This document shows positions 26,416 to 38,400 of a DNA stretch of 55,484 nt, one piece after another. The position numbers were made by a program, and so were the translations under genes. This DNA is from Seison nebaliae (lineage: Eukaryota). Positions within the stretch are counted from its first letter, which is position 1; every line of letters starts with the position of its first letter. The notes beneath the pieces are model-generated. The model was not told the DNA's origin, did no database searches, and saw nothing but the letters and a program-made list of their open reading frames with translations. The stretch lies in NCBI GenBank assembly GCA_023231475.1, contig JALJEE010000507.1, forward strand, positions 1-55,484, given 5' to 3'.

Positions 26416-29113
26416 GAAAAATAATAATGTTGTTGTTCAACAACATTTTGGTTTGTTTGGACATACACAAAATGTCATAATTGAGAAAGTGATGGGAGTG
26501 AAATTGTTAAGAGAACAATTCTGTCGAGAGTTGTCGGATGTGCAGAAATGTAATACAGGAATTCAATTAGAAACAAAGAATAAATATGGACAGAATATTT
26601 TCCACATTCTCGCCTCACCTTTCGGAAAAGAGGAATTGGCATTTCATAATTCTCATTTATTCTTCACAATCGTTCAATGTTTCGGGAAGATGCAAGATAT
26701 GGGAGCGGTTCATGGAAAAGTGGAAATTCAAAAAAATATTGAATTATTCGAAATCATCAGCGACTTATTAGTTGAGAAAGATATTGATGGTATTACTCCA
26801 CTCCAATTGGCAGCGACTGCTACATCGAATACGATGTTTGAATTATATTCGAGTTATCTTCGATGGACGAATAAACATTTGGAGAATATCGGTCGTTGGG
26901 TACCACCACAACATTTCGACATAAACAAAGATGTTGTAATGAAAGACGAAAAATATTTGGAATCGTTTGAGAAATGTCAGAAATTATTAGATCGATATCA
27001 GAGTATGAATAAAAATATTGTTGATTTGCAACGTGCCACTCGAGCGAAAAAATTAGGAAGGAAATTCCGTTCGACAGATATGCCATTAGACACCGTTCTT
27101 GGATTAACAGCAGAAGTGGCGGAAGTTGTTTGGGTGAATGAGAAACCGTTAGATGTGTTAATGACGAAAGTGGATTTGAAATATGGTGGTCATTGTTATA
27201 ACATGTTTTATCGAATGCAATTAGTTCATCATTTGCAAAAGAACGATTATATTTTATTGACACGATGGGGAATGGCGGGACAAACTGGTCAACATCAAAT
27301 GACACCGTTTAATGACGAGAAAGGAGGACAAGGTGAATTTTTCAAAGTTTTTAAACAGAAAACCGGTTTCACTTGGAACGATTATATTGACGGGAAGAGA
27401 CAAGAGAATAAATATCGAGTGTTGGAAGTGAAAGAGAGATATCGTCCGACCGTTTTCGACGTCAATTGGTTCACCACTCATCAAACAGATAAAATGGGTT
27501 TTGGTTATGATCCCGAATATTTGAATGATGATCATATTGATGATAATGAAATGTTGAGATTATTTCCATTATTTTATGAGATTATTCATCATCAAGTTTT
27601 CCATCAATCATTAAGTCAAAAAATTGATTCGACCACAATGAATTTATATAAATTGACTGATGACGATTTGGATCGTGCCGATAAAATTTTAGATGAGATC
27701 ATTGAGAAATCTACAGTAAAAGAAAATACTTTCGTAACGGGTAGTTTCGATTTAACAGAATTGAAACATCGAAATGAATTGATGAGATTATCCGGTCGAT
27801 TTTATGAGATTATTCAACCACCAAATTTCCAATATGAATTGACGAAGAATATCGTAAATATTAATGACGTGAATCGAATGAGAGATATCGTCGCACATTT
27901 AAGAGAATTGAATATTGCCTCCAAAATGATGTTAGCTGCACGATATCGATATTTGATAGAGAAAAAGAATCCATTGAAAGAGATTTCTCTAATGATTTCA
28001 AATATCAAATTACGAGCGATGAATCCGGAAGAATGGCGAAGTCAATTAATTTTGAGAAGTTTCCATGGAACAATGGCATCATTGTCAAATGTTAATCGTA
28101 ATCGAGGTTTATTCGCATATAATCGATATAATCAACAATTTGAAATGGAGGATAAAAAAGAATTATTTCAAGATAAACTTTATGATCAAATTAAAAGTGG
28201 AATGGAATCATTCGAAAGAAAAACTTCTCATACTGTCGAAGCGATTTATGAGATCGATCATTTGGAACGAGAAACATTCGTCGAATCAAATGAAGATGAT
28301 AATAATTTCATGTATTTGTGGCATGGAACGAATAATGCCAATATTCTTTCAATTCTTCTTCAATCGCTCAAATGTCAACCGATAGAAGCGAATAACATTC
28401 ATGGTGATGCATTCGGTCCTGGAATTTATTTATCCGATTCCGTTCAAAAATCTTTGGCTTATTGTCAAGGGAGACAATTCAATGAATTCGCTAGTGGCCA
28501 ACGTGCATTTATTCTTTTATGTGAAGTGAATTTAGGAAAGAAAGTTGAAGAGATTGTAAATTTCCATGAATTTTTTGAAAAGATGAATGCGAAAAAACAT
28601 CCGAAAATCGTTAAAACTTTATTCAATCCTCACTCCCGTTTACAAGAGATCAATCCAACAATTAGAAAAACTCGTCCAGTCATCGATAATACGAAAGAAG
28701 AATTTAAAAATTTATTGAATCAAATCAAAATGAATGAGATGTGTCAGAAAGTGAAAAAAATAAAGGAAAAGAAATTCGATTTAGATGAGATTACATCGAT
28801 CAAAATCAAAGGACAAAGTCAACCCAATCCGGATAACGAGATAATAATCGATCATAAGATCCGTTTTAATCTAGGTCCATTAATGAAAGCGGATGGAACT
28901 CTTCCATTCAACGAATATGTCGTCAGAAATCCGAAACGAGTTCGCGTCAAATACATCGTCCAATATCGAGTGGGAGAGACACCTGATGATTTTGAGGCGA
29001 TGAAGAGAGTACAAGAAGAAAAAGAGAAACAGAAAGAAAAATTGAAGAAATTCGATTTGGATGAAATTATGAAAAATTTACAAAAAAGAATCGACGAAGA
29101 AGCAAACAGATGA
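19708..29113 (+). CDS. Ankyrin-repeat / WGR / PARP-regulatory / PARP-catalytic poly(ADP-ribose) polymerase (PME-5/tank-1-like architecture), 7 exons
   Basis: Many ankyrin repeats (TPIHCAA, RPIHIAA, TALMIAAQYGH, SALHYAAAYG, TPLHYAV). WGR domain LMTKVDL...FYRMQL...LLTRWGMAG...FKQKTG. Catalytic motifs YLWHGT, FGPGIYLSD, FILLCEVNLG and NEYVV (H-Y-E triad). Introns 24955-25019, 25093-25139, 25223-25271, 25387-25433, 25534-25581 and 25722-25775 join ORFs 19660..24981 and 25598..29113. Confidence 0.9.
26204..26413 (+). repeat. Acidic coding repeats in the PARP: (GAA)11 at 26204-26236 and a (GAT)n-rich tract at 26321-26413
   Basis: Read directly; poly-Glu and poly-Asp tracts. Confidence 0.9.
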
Positions 29114-29447
29114 TTGAAACTTCGACGAATTTGACGAAAACATTTTCCCATACCGATTTCTCACATTTTACTTCTTTTTTTTCCGTTTTTCTACAATTCC
29201 TTCATAAGTAGTTTTCGTGTCATATGTATATTCTCTCCCTCAACACATTATCACAATTTTCACAGGAATATTTGTAGTCTAGTTGTTTCTATCGTCAGTT
29301 TCCGTCGGTTGAGGAATTGTATTTATTTCTCGTGTACTCTTCACACGTTTACTTTCTTTTTTTACTTTGGGAGTCGTTGTGCAATCGATTATCAAATAAA
29401 AGTTCTATTAAAAATTCATTACAACTTCTTCTTCTTTCGACAACATT

Positions 29448-32400
29448 ATGATACTCTTCTTCCTATTAATAACAATTAAAGAATTGACATCAATCCACAT
29501 CGAATTTGTTGACGATACTGAAAACTATTTGTGGATTAATGAAGGAGATTCTTTCGAATTGATCGTCTCATCAATTAATTATTCGGGAAGGAAATTCTTT
29601 AACATCGATAAAGACTCAATTTGTATTCTTGAGGTTTTCACATCTTCTATCTTGAGAACCGACATATTAAGCCTAATATTACTACTTCATATACTCCTAC
29701 TACTACTACTAGAATTGAATTGTTTTTTCTATTAATTCTCCTCAATTCCATCTCAATTTATAGTTTTAGTTGAATAGTTTTGAATAGGTACTATTGAGTA
29801 GATTATTAAGAAGTAATTGGTAAAATTAATTGATAGAATTACAAAACAGGAAATAACAAAATGAATAGAACTCTAATAGAAAATAATATTTTTGGTTAAC
29901 TATGGAAAGATTCTACTTTCCTTCACTTTCCGGAGATAGGATATTTTCAATTAGATTTAGTATATTCCAAAGATGATAAAAATTCGAAAGATGTTCTAGA
30001 AAAATATTTAGAAAAATTAGTTGGTGTTTGGATTTGTTGGTGATTTTTTTATCTCTCCACTGCTCTAGAAATAATGATTGATGATTTTAAATACTGACAA
30101 GAGGATTTAGAGAACTGGATTGATTAGAAAAAGAAGAAATAGAAACGAAAAATAACAATAACGTTTTTTTTTAGTTGAGAAGATCTGAATATTCATCAAC
30201 GATATTCTCAAGAAACAACATCGAACTGGACGATAGTGTATTCGATGATTTTTATGAAAACCATAAAATATTCTCATATGAGATCGGGAAGAGTTATCGA
30301 TATCGTTTCATATCAATTGACGATAACGAAGCAGAGAAAGAAGAAATATTTTATTTATAGTTATTTCTTTCATTAGTCGTTTAATAATTTCTCATGAGAA
30401 AATTTAGTGTTTGGTTAGAAATTGACAAAAAATATTATTTACAATCTGATGAACATTTGGAAATTATTGTTTATCCGAATGATAAGATATATGGGCAATT
30501 ATCGTTATATGGTGATGGACTGAATGATTATAATTTCGACAATGAGATAGAAATTCAATTAAGTTATTCGAATAACTTACCAGGAACAACTGTACTTCAT
30601 TTCAAATTCACCAATTCACAAATATTTCAATTATTGAAATTTCCCAACAATTTCCAAATTTCCAATAAGTTTCTTTCGGAATTCTTAATCGATTTTCATA
30701 CATTTCCATTGTCATTCCAGTTCGATAAGAATCAAAATAGAAAACATCCAAAACAAAACAATAAATTTTCGAATTGGACGAATCGATTCTCCAATTAATT
30801 TATTGGAATGTGTAATGGAATTAACGAATGTTTTCATTGAAATTAATTCTGGAAAATTTAAAAGAAAATTACCAAAATCGATTGTCAGTAAATTATTAGA
30901 AATTGAAAAAAGAATTTATTCGTTTAATATTCTCCCCAATAATCTTCCAATAACATTTCAAGTTTAATAACATTTAGTTCAAATTCACCAAAACTTTCTT
31001 TGCATAGATGAAAAATTTTTCTGTAAAAGAATCGAATGAAAAAACTCATCAAATTGTGATTTGTATTGATCAGAAATATCTGAAAGCTGAGAATGTTTTA
31101 GAAAGAATTTTAAGGAAATCCAAAGAACTCGTACTTCTACTCACCATCCGATATTCTTCTTCCTCAATTCAAGAGAATGTTTTCGAAAATTTTTTATCGA
31201 TTTATATTTAATTTAATTTTCATTTAATTTAAAAGGATTTAATTCTAAAAAATTCTCATTTTATTGAATCGATGGATATCATCGATGGGAAGAATCGAAT
31301 TAGAAACGGTATATTCGAACGGTTTATGGTAATTTTATTCAACAATATTTGTCATCAAATTGAAATGATCTTTCCCGAAGACGATCTAATCGAAGATTAC
31401 GAAATTATTTCTTTTGAAATTACATCATTACTCTCCATTAATCATCAGTCTCAATGGGAAGAGAATAGAATTTCCAATTTTAAAATTTCAGAAAATAATT
31501 CTATCGATATTACCATTCTACCAGACGGTGAGTTATTAGGTAACATAAAATTATGGTACGACAATAATATGGTAAATAAAATAAAATCAATAAATACGAC
31601 AATAATTCTATCAGATTCATATGAAAATATTCACGATATCTTGTCACTTGTTCAGACGACAGACAAAGTTTATATGGATTATTATGTGGAATTAGAATTG
31701 AAACAAATAGATAAAATTCTCATTCGAAATAAAAATTCTTATTCTCTACTAAATTATTTTCAATCTCCAAACAATTCCACATTGAAATTCATGGAACATT
31801 TCAAAAAACAATTCACAAAATTAAATGATATGAATGTTTATTTCGATCCGTCTCCGATCAATTCACTCACTGAATTATATGAGTTACAAATAAAGAATGT
31901 TCAATTTCCCAACAATTCCACAACTGATTATACTCTACCAATAATTGATGGGAATGATAAATTATATTTCATTATCACGAAATCGATAAAAGAACCGTTA
32001 TTTCAATTACAATTCATCGATCGTCAATTACTTGGCGAATTTGAGAATAAATTGAATTTAAAACTAAATTTCAAAATTAAGAAGAACCTGTTAGATATTG
32101 ATGAATTCTTCGAATGGTTTCTCATTCAAATCCAAATTACAATTCATTCCTGTCATAATAACTGGAGGTTCAATTCTTGTACAGAATCAGATTCTCCAAT
32201 ACAGAAAACGGAAAAATTAAATTTCCAACTTAATCAAACCAATCGAAACTTCCAATTAATTTTAACCCATCATCGTTTTCCTACGTCAATTCTGAAAAAT
32301 GTGACAATTCAAATTGACAACGTTCAAACAAATTTTGAGAATAGTTCGATGATTTTCTCTCAAAAATATTTTTTCATTGAAATTTTTTAGATTCATATTT

Positions 32401-35400
32401 CAATCAAATTTATCAACTAAATAAATTTTCCACAATCGAACTCACCGATCATTTTGACGAGACCAGACAATTATCTTTTATTCAATTAACTGATGATAAA
32501 TTTTCGTCTAACTGTACAATCAAATTTGATGAAACGTCAAATACTATGACGATCGTGGAGAATGATTGTTTTTTGAAAGTTTATTAATTTTCCAGTTTTA
32601 GTCTTCTAATTTTCGTTTTTCAGATTCGGTTAAAGAGATTTGGCATTTCTAGAGAATCAATTGTTAACTGGCAAATAATACCATTAAATTCTACAAATCA
32701 ATTCTCCGAAATGAATGGTACAATTAATTTTATAGAAAGTTCCAATTTATTATGATTAATAATGAAATTTTTAAAAATATTTTAAAAATAAAAATTTCTT
32801 TACAGATTCTCAATTTTCAGAGATTTTCCTTCGTGTTATCGATGACGAGATTGCTCAATTGATGAATTATTATCAATTAAAATTGAACGTGAGTGATATG
32901 TCGAGTGTCATAAATGAGAATTCGTCAGTTATTACCATTCGAATAGAAGAGAACGATTATTCCGAAGGTGTTGTTTATCTGTGTAATGGAGACGATTCGC
33001 CAATTCGGATGATGGAAAGTTGTGTAGAATATCCTCACTGTAAATATCCTACAAAAATTATTATTGGAATTTGTCGAAATCATTCGAATCTCACGACGAC
33101 TGTCGTTCAACTAGATATCTTCAATTTCGATGGACAATCAGCAACCGAAGAATTTTATGGAATTCCATTAATTGTAGAATTTGATCGATGGGAAACGGAA
33201 AGAAATATCACTCTAGTTGTTCGCGATGATGATATTTCAGAATTCGACGAATTTTTCCAATTGCGATTAACACACCCGAAAATTAACAATAATTTATTAA
33301 TAATTCAAAGGAATTTGAGTGTAATAATTATGGAGAATGATAATCCCAGTGGCTATGTAGAACTTCCTTCATATCTTCAACAAAATTCTTCGACGATCGA
33401 ATTAAGTGAATATTGTACAAATTGTGCGATGAAATCGAATGAAATCAAAATATCGATATTGAGATTTGGTGGAACGTTGGGAGAGAAAAGTATTTCATGG
33501 AAATTAATTGAAATGACGAAAAATTCAAATGAATCATTCGATTCAATTTGGAAAATGAATCAAACAGTTAACGATCTCTATCCGTCGAATGGGGAAATTA
33601 CAATTTTCCCGAAGGAAATTCAAAAATCTTTGAATATTTTCGTTAGAAATGATGAGATTTATGAGAATGACGAATTCTTCTACTTGTTAGTGAACGACGA
33701 AGGAAGTTATTTGAGAAGTACAAAAATAAAAATTTTAGCAAATGATTTTCCTATCCAATTTATTTCACCCATCGTTACCAGGAACGCTTATTTGACGGAT
33801 AAGTTTAGTCCAAATGATTTGCTGGTAAGTGAAGGTGAAATTATCGAATTAACTTTATATCGGAATTGTACTAATATTTGTGAGAGTTCTCGACAAAATG
33901 TTAAAATTCAAATTGAGCAATCCTCTACGATTGACGACGAAGATTGGGAGTTCTTGAACGAAACTATAACGCTAACAAATGAGAAAGAATTCTTAATAAG
34001 TTTCAATGAAAATGAAGAATTCGTATCATTTTCCATCAATATTCTTGATGATGATATTGCAGAATATGAAGAGATTATCATTTTTCAATTATTGGAATGT
34101 GAGGGAGATTCCATAATTTACGATCCACAACAAATTCGTGTCCATATTCAACCGAACGATGATATAGGTGGAAATATTTCTCTAGAATCAGAAAAAGAAA
34201 TTCAAATGAATGAGAACGTGGAAAAATGGATAAGATTCAAATGGAATTTACCTCAATCCACTTCGAATCATTTGGGAAATTTAAGAATTAATTGGAACAT
34301 TATCGACGCGGAAGAAAGGGAAGCGAAAAATGATTTCGTTCAATCAAGTGCTGATAATGAATATATGGAAGTTGATATTAAAATAAAAATCAAATCAAAA
34401 TCAGAAGATATTCCTGAAAAGAATGAAGAATTTATTTTCCAATTAACTTCAGTGACAGTTGTCGATTATCCAATGGTGGACGTGAAATTTGGAAATATGA
34501 CCTCGGTAAAGATCAGAATCAAAGCGAATGATAATCCCAATGGAATAATAAAAATTGTCCGAACAAATTATGAAAATTTTTTGAATGAATATGATTTGAA
34601 GTGGATAAAAAATGAATTGAATAAGAAGAATTTGAAAACGATAATTTCTTTAGAAAACAATTTCACATCATCAGTAACAATTGAAAGGAAATTAAGTTTC
34701 TTCAACAATTTATCGGTTTCTCTTTTTTTTCTTAAACATTTTCATAAATATTCAATTAAACCAGTTCTCTTGGACAATATTTCCAGATTTGAATATTTTT
34801 TATATGTTGAATGACAAATTCAAATTACTTTCACTCACTGAAGAAAAGTATTTTGTTAAGAAAACACTTTTCGGAAATATAACTACGAATAACGATTTAA
34901 AAATAACAAAAAATTCGAATGAAATCGAGAAAATATTGAAGAGGAAAGATCGATCAGTTCTATTTCAATTTAATGGAAAAAAAAGTTTATTTGTGATTTT
35001 CATAACTTATCTTATTTTTCTCAAGATAATTATGGGGAAATTAAATGGAGTGAATTAGATTTGGAGCCGAGTAAATTTTTCAGTTTTCTCTGTAAAATAT
35101 CTTCAACCTCTATCAATGACCGATTGTCAGGATATATATTTTCGTTAGTTACGAAAAAGAAACAAAACATTCATTATGATGGAACATTGAGAATGGAAGA
35201 TTCGAATAACGACTTTTTGGAGATAGAAATCGATCATGTAATAATGGCATTGGCGATTCATTTGGAGGTGGGTGAAGAGAAGAAGAGGAAAATAACAATT
35301 CAATTCCATTATTCATCTTCATTAGAATTGGAAGTTTTCCTTACTTGAAATTTATTTTATTGATATATTTATTTTGATAGATTTCCAATCCGAAAGATTT

Positions 35401-38400
35401 GTACACGATAACAACACAAGTCTCTTTTACCATTTCCGAATTGGAATGGAATGAAAAAAAGTCATTCCAATTAGCTATTTCTCTCGTACCCAATGGACGA
35501 TATATCGCTTTCCTTTTCGATCGAGAAATACAAACGAGAATTTTAGCTGCTCCTGTTCGTTTCGGGAAGACTTTGGAGAATGCCAATTTATTAATCGGTG
35601 TACGAAATCGAGAATATGAGACACATAAATTTTTGAATTTACCCCAACGACCTTTCATCATTGTGGAAGATGATGATTTGAATGAAGCAATACATCGATT
35701 CTATCAATATCCGTTTGAAGGTTATCTTCAACAATTATTCTTGTTTCATGGCGAATCGTTGAATTTCGATGATTTACAAAAATTAATCGATTGGAAACCA
35801 GAAAATCAATTTTATAATCTCATTTCAAAATACGAGACAATGAAAGAGAATGAAAAAGAGATTATTCTCCCGTTTCAAACGATCAATGATGATTTTTCAG
35901 AAAGTTTACAAATTTATCGTTTACGGATATTTCCGAACGGATGGAATGAAGAAAGTTTAAAAGAAATTAATGAGTTAAACGATTTCAATTTATTAATTTA
36001 CATTCTGCCAAACGATAATTCTTATGGGAATTTCTATCATAATTTGACGAATGTTTCGAGAAATATGGTTGAAGAAAATGAAATTTTCAATTTGACAATT
36101 CATCGATCTTCTTTCAAAGTGTCGAATCTCCCAATAAAAATATATTGGACAATTTTAACGTTGAACGATTATAATTGTATAAGTAATTGTATGGTGCAGA
36201 ATACGAATGATGATTTCGTTTCTTCTTCCGGTTTTATCGAATTTGATTTGAATGAAAAAGAAAAAGTTAAATTTTTTTCATCAAAAATTTAAAAGTTTTT
36301 TTAGAATTTAATTATAAATCCAATCAATGATTTAATACCAGAATTGAAAGAATCATTCATAATCTTATTTTCATTAACGGACAAGAATTTCATGTCAAAT
36401 TACCGAATTGATTATTCCCAAGAATTAATTAAGAAATTCAATGATGGAACCAAATCGATTCCATTCGATTATCCAATTTCTTATGAGAAAAATTTACCAT
36501 CGATTCGGATCGACATAGAAGAGAATGATTATCCGAAAGGAATTTTAACGTTTCTCGATAAAGAATCAGAAGAAGAATTGATGGAATTCGATAAATATTC
36601 AGGAAGTGATTTTGATAAATTTTTACAAAAGAATTTTGCAGATAATGATACTCCGATCGTTCTGGTGAATGAAGAAGATGGTTATGTAAAATTGACGATA
36701 ATTCGATGTCAAGGATCATTAGGTGACATCGAATTCGAATGGAGAACGGAAACGATTAATGAAAATTTATTAACAAATTTAAATAAAATGAAATCGATCG
36801 ATGGTATTGACGAAATAATGGCAGCATCATCTGAACGTCGATGGGATAATGGAACGCTTATCCTACAAGATTATCATGTTAGTAATAAATTGCGTTGAAT
36901 GGAACTGCACATGGTCAGTTGTCTAAATGTTTGTTCTAATAAACAGAAACAAATCGATATAATCGATAATTAAACGACTAGAAATGTTAAGAGAATTATA
37001 GTTAAATAGATTAAATTGAATTGTGATGATTTGATTGAGGAGCGACTGGAATATTGGACCATTTTCACTTTGTAATTCTGATATTCATTTTCATTCTCTT
37101 TTTTATTTCCATTCAAATTCTCATCACTCATTCTCTTCATTAAATTATCGTTCATTAACGATACATGTTGTGTGGCGGTGGCGATGGAAGTTTTCCTCGG
37201 AATATAAATTAGTGGAAATATCTGTTTCTCAGACGTTGTAGTTTGCGGAATTAGACTATAATCATTATTTTCTTCATTCTTCTTTTGAATATTCTTCAAA
37301 GGAATCTCACAAATAAATCGTAATTTTTGTAAACAGGACTCACTTCTCCAATAGAGATTCAATTTGTGTGACAAACACAAACAACGTCCAGTTGCGTCGA
37401 AAGTTTCAGGTGAATCTCTTCCATGGAAATTCCACCAATTCGACCATTCATCTCCATTGGAATATGGACCGGGAAACGATGAATATTTCTGACGATAAAT
37501 CCACATCCATGAATCAGCCTTCCTTATTCCTGACGTCCACCAATCTATCGAACGACTGTATCGTTGTTGACGTCGAATTTGATGTTGTGATTTTCGATTT
37601 TTTCTTTCTTTCAATTTTGGTCCTACAAAAAAATTAATTAAGAAAAAAATACTCAATTGGAAAACTTTTACGTTGGAGGAGATTCCATTGAAGGAAGTTT
37701 TGTTCTTTCAAATTCTCCACACTCACCAATTCACCATTTAACGACCAACATGCTCTTCGAGCTTGATAATAAGTTTCCGTCCATTGAGAGACGATGTAAC
37801 AGGAACCGGTAGATAAAATTCCGTTGAGGATATATTGTTTTGGAAAGTTGTTTTGGCCGATCGTTTTCAAATAATCTTCGCAAATATTTTCTTTGTTTTT
37901 ATCATAATTCTAAAGAAAGTAAAATTGTTTAGTAAAAAACTTTTAAAAATAATTAACTATATCTGTTAATTCTCTTTTAACAGTTCCGTTTGTAGATTGA
38001 TTATTATTTTGAGTAAGTTGTTCATTTCCCCTTTTCAAATGATTATTCGATCGTTGAACAATTTGATTTTTTAATGCTTCTAACTGTTCCGTTAATTTAC
38101 TTTCTTTATATTCTAAAACTTTCTGAAGTTCACCATTTACCGCTTTCGTGATAGCTCGAATGATTTTCGTGTGATCTTCCTCTGACAGTTTACGAGATGA
38201 TGTTGTTTGAGAGGAGGAGAATGAGGAGGATGATAATAATATTCGTAAATCTCTTGTAATCGAATCATGTAAATTTTCGATTGCTAAAACTGCATTAGTC
38301 TGATATTTATTTAAGTTCTTTGTCAATTCTTCTATTTGTAATAAGAGTTCGTCATTCTCTTTCTCTATTCTCCGTAAACTTTGTTTCATTTCTATAAAAA

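Noticed and set aside
26201..26480. Poly-Ile/Phe, poly-His and poly-Met ORFs
   Set aside because: Alternative-frame or antisense shadows of the GAA and GAT repeats in the PARP.
19708..29113. Calling the PARP a vertebrate-type tankyrase (TNKS)
   Set aside because: It has WGR and PARP-regulatory domains and no visible SAM domain, so the architecture is PME-5-like; no symbol assigned.
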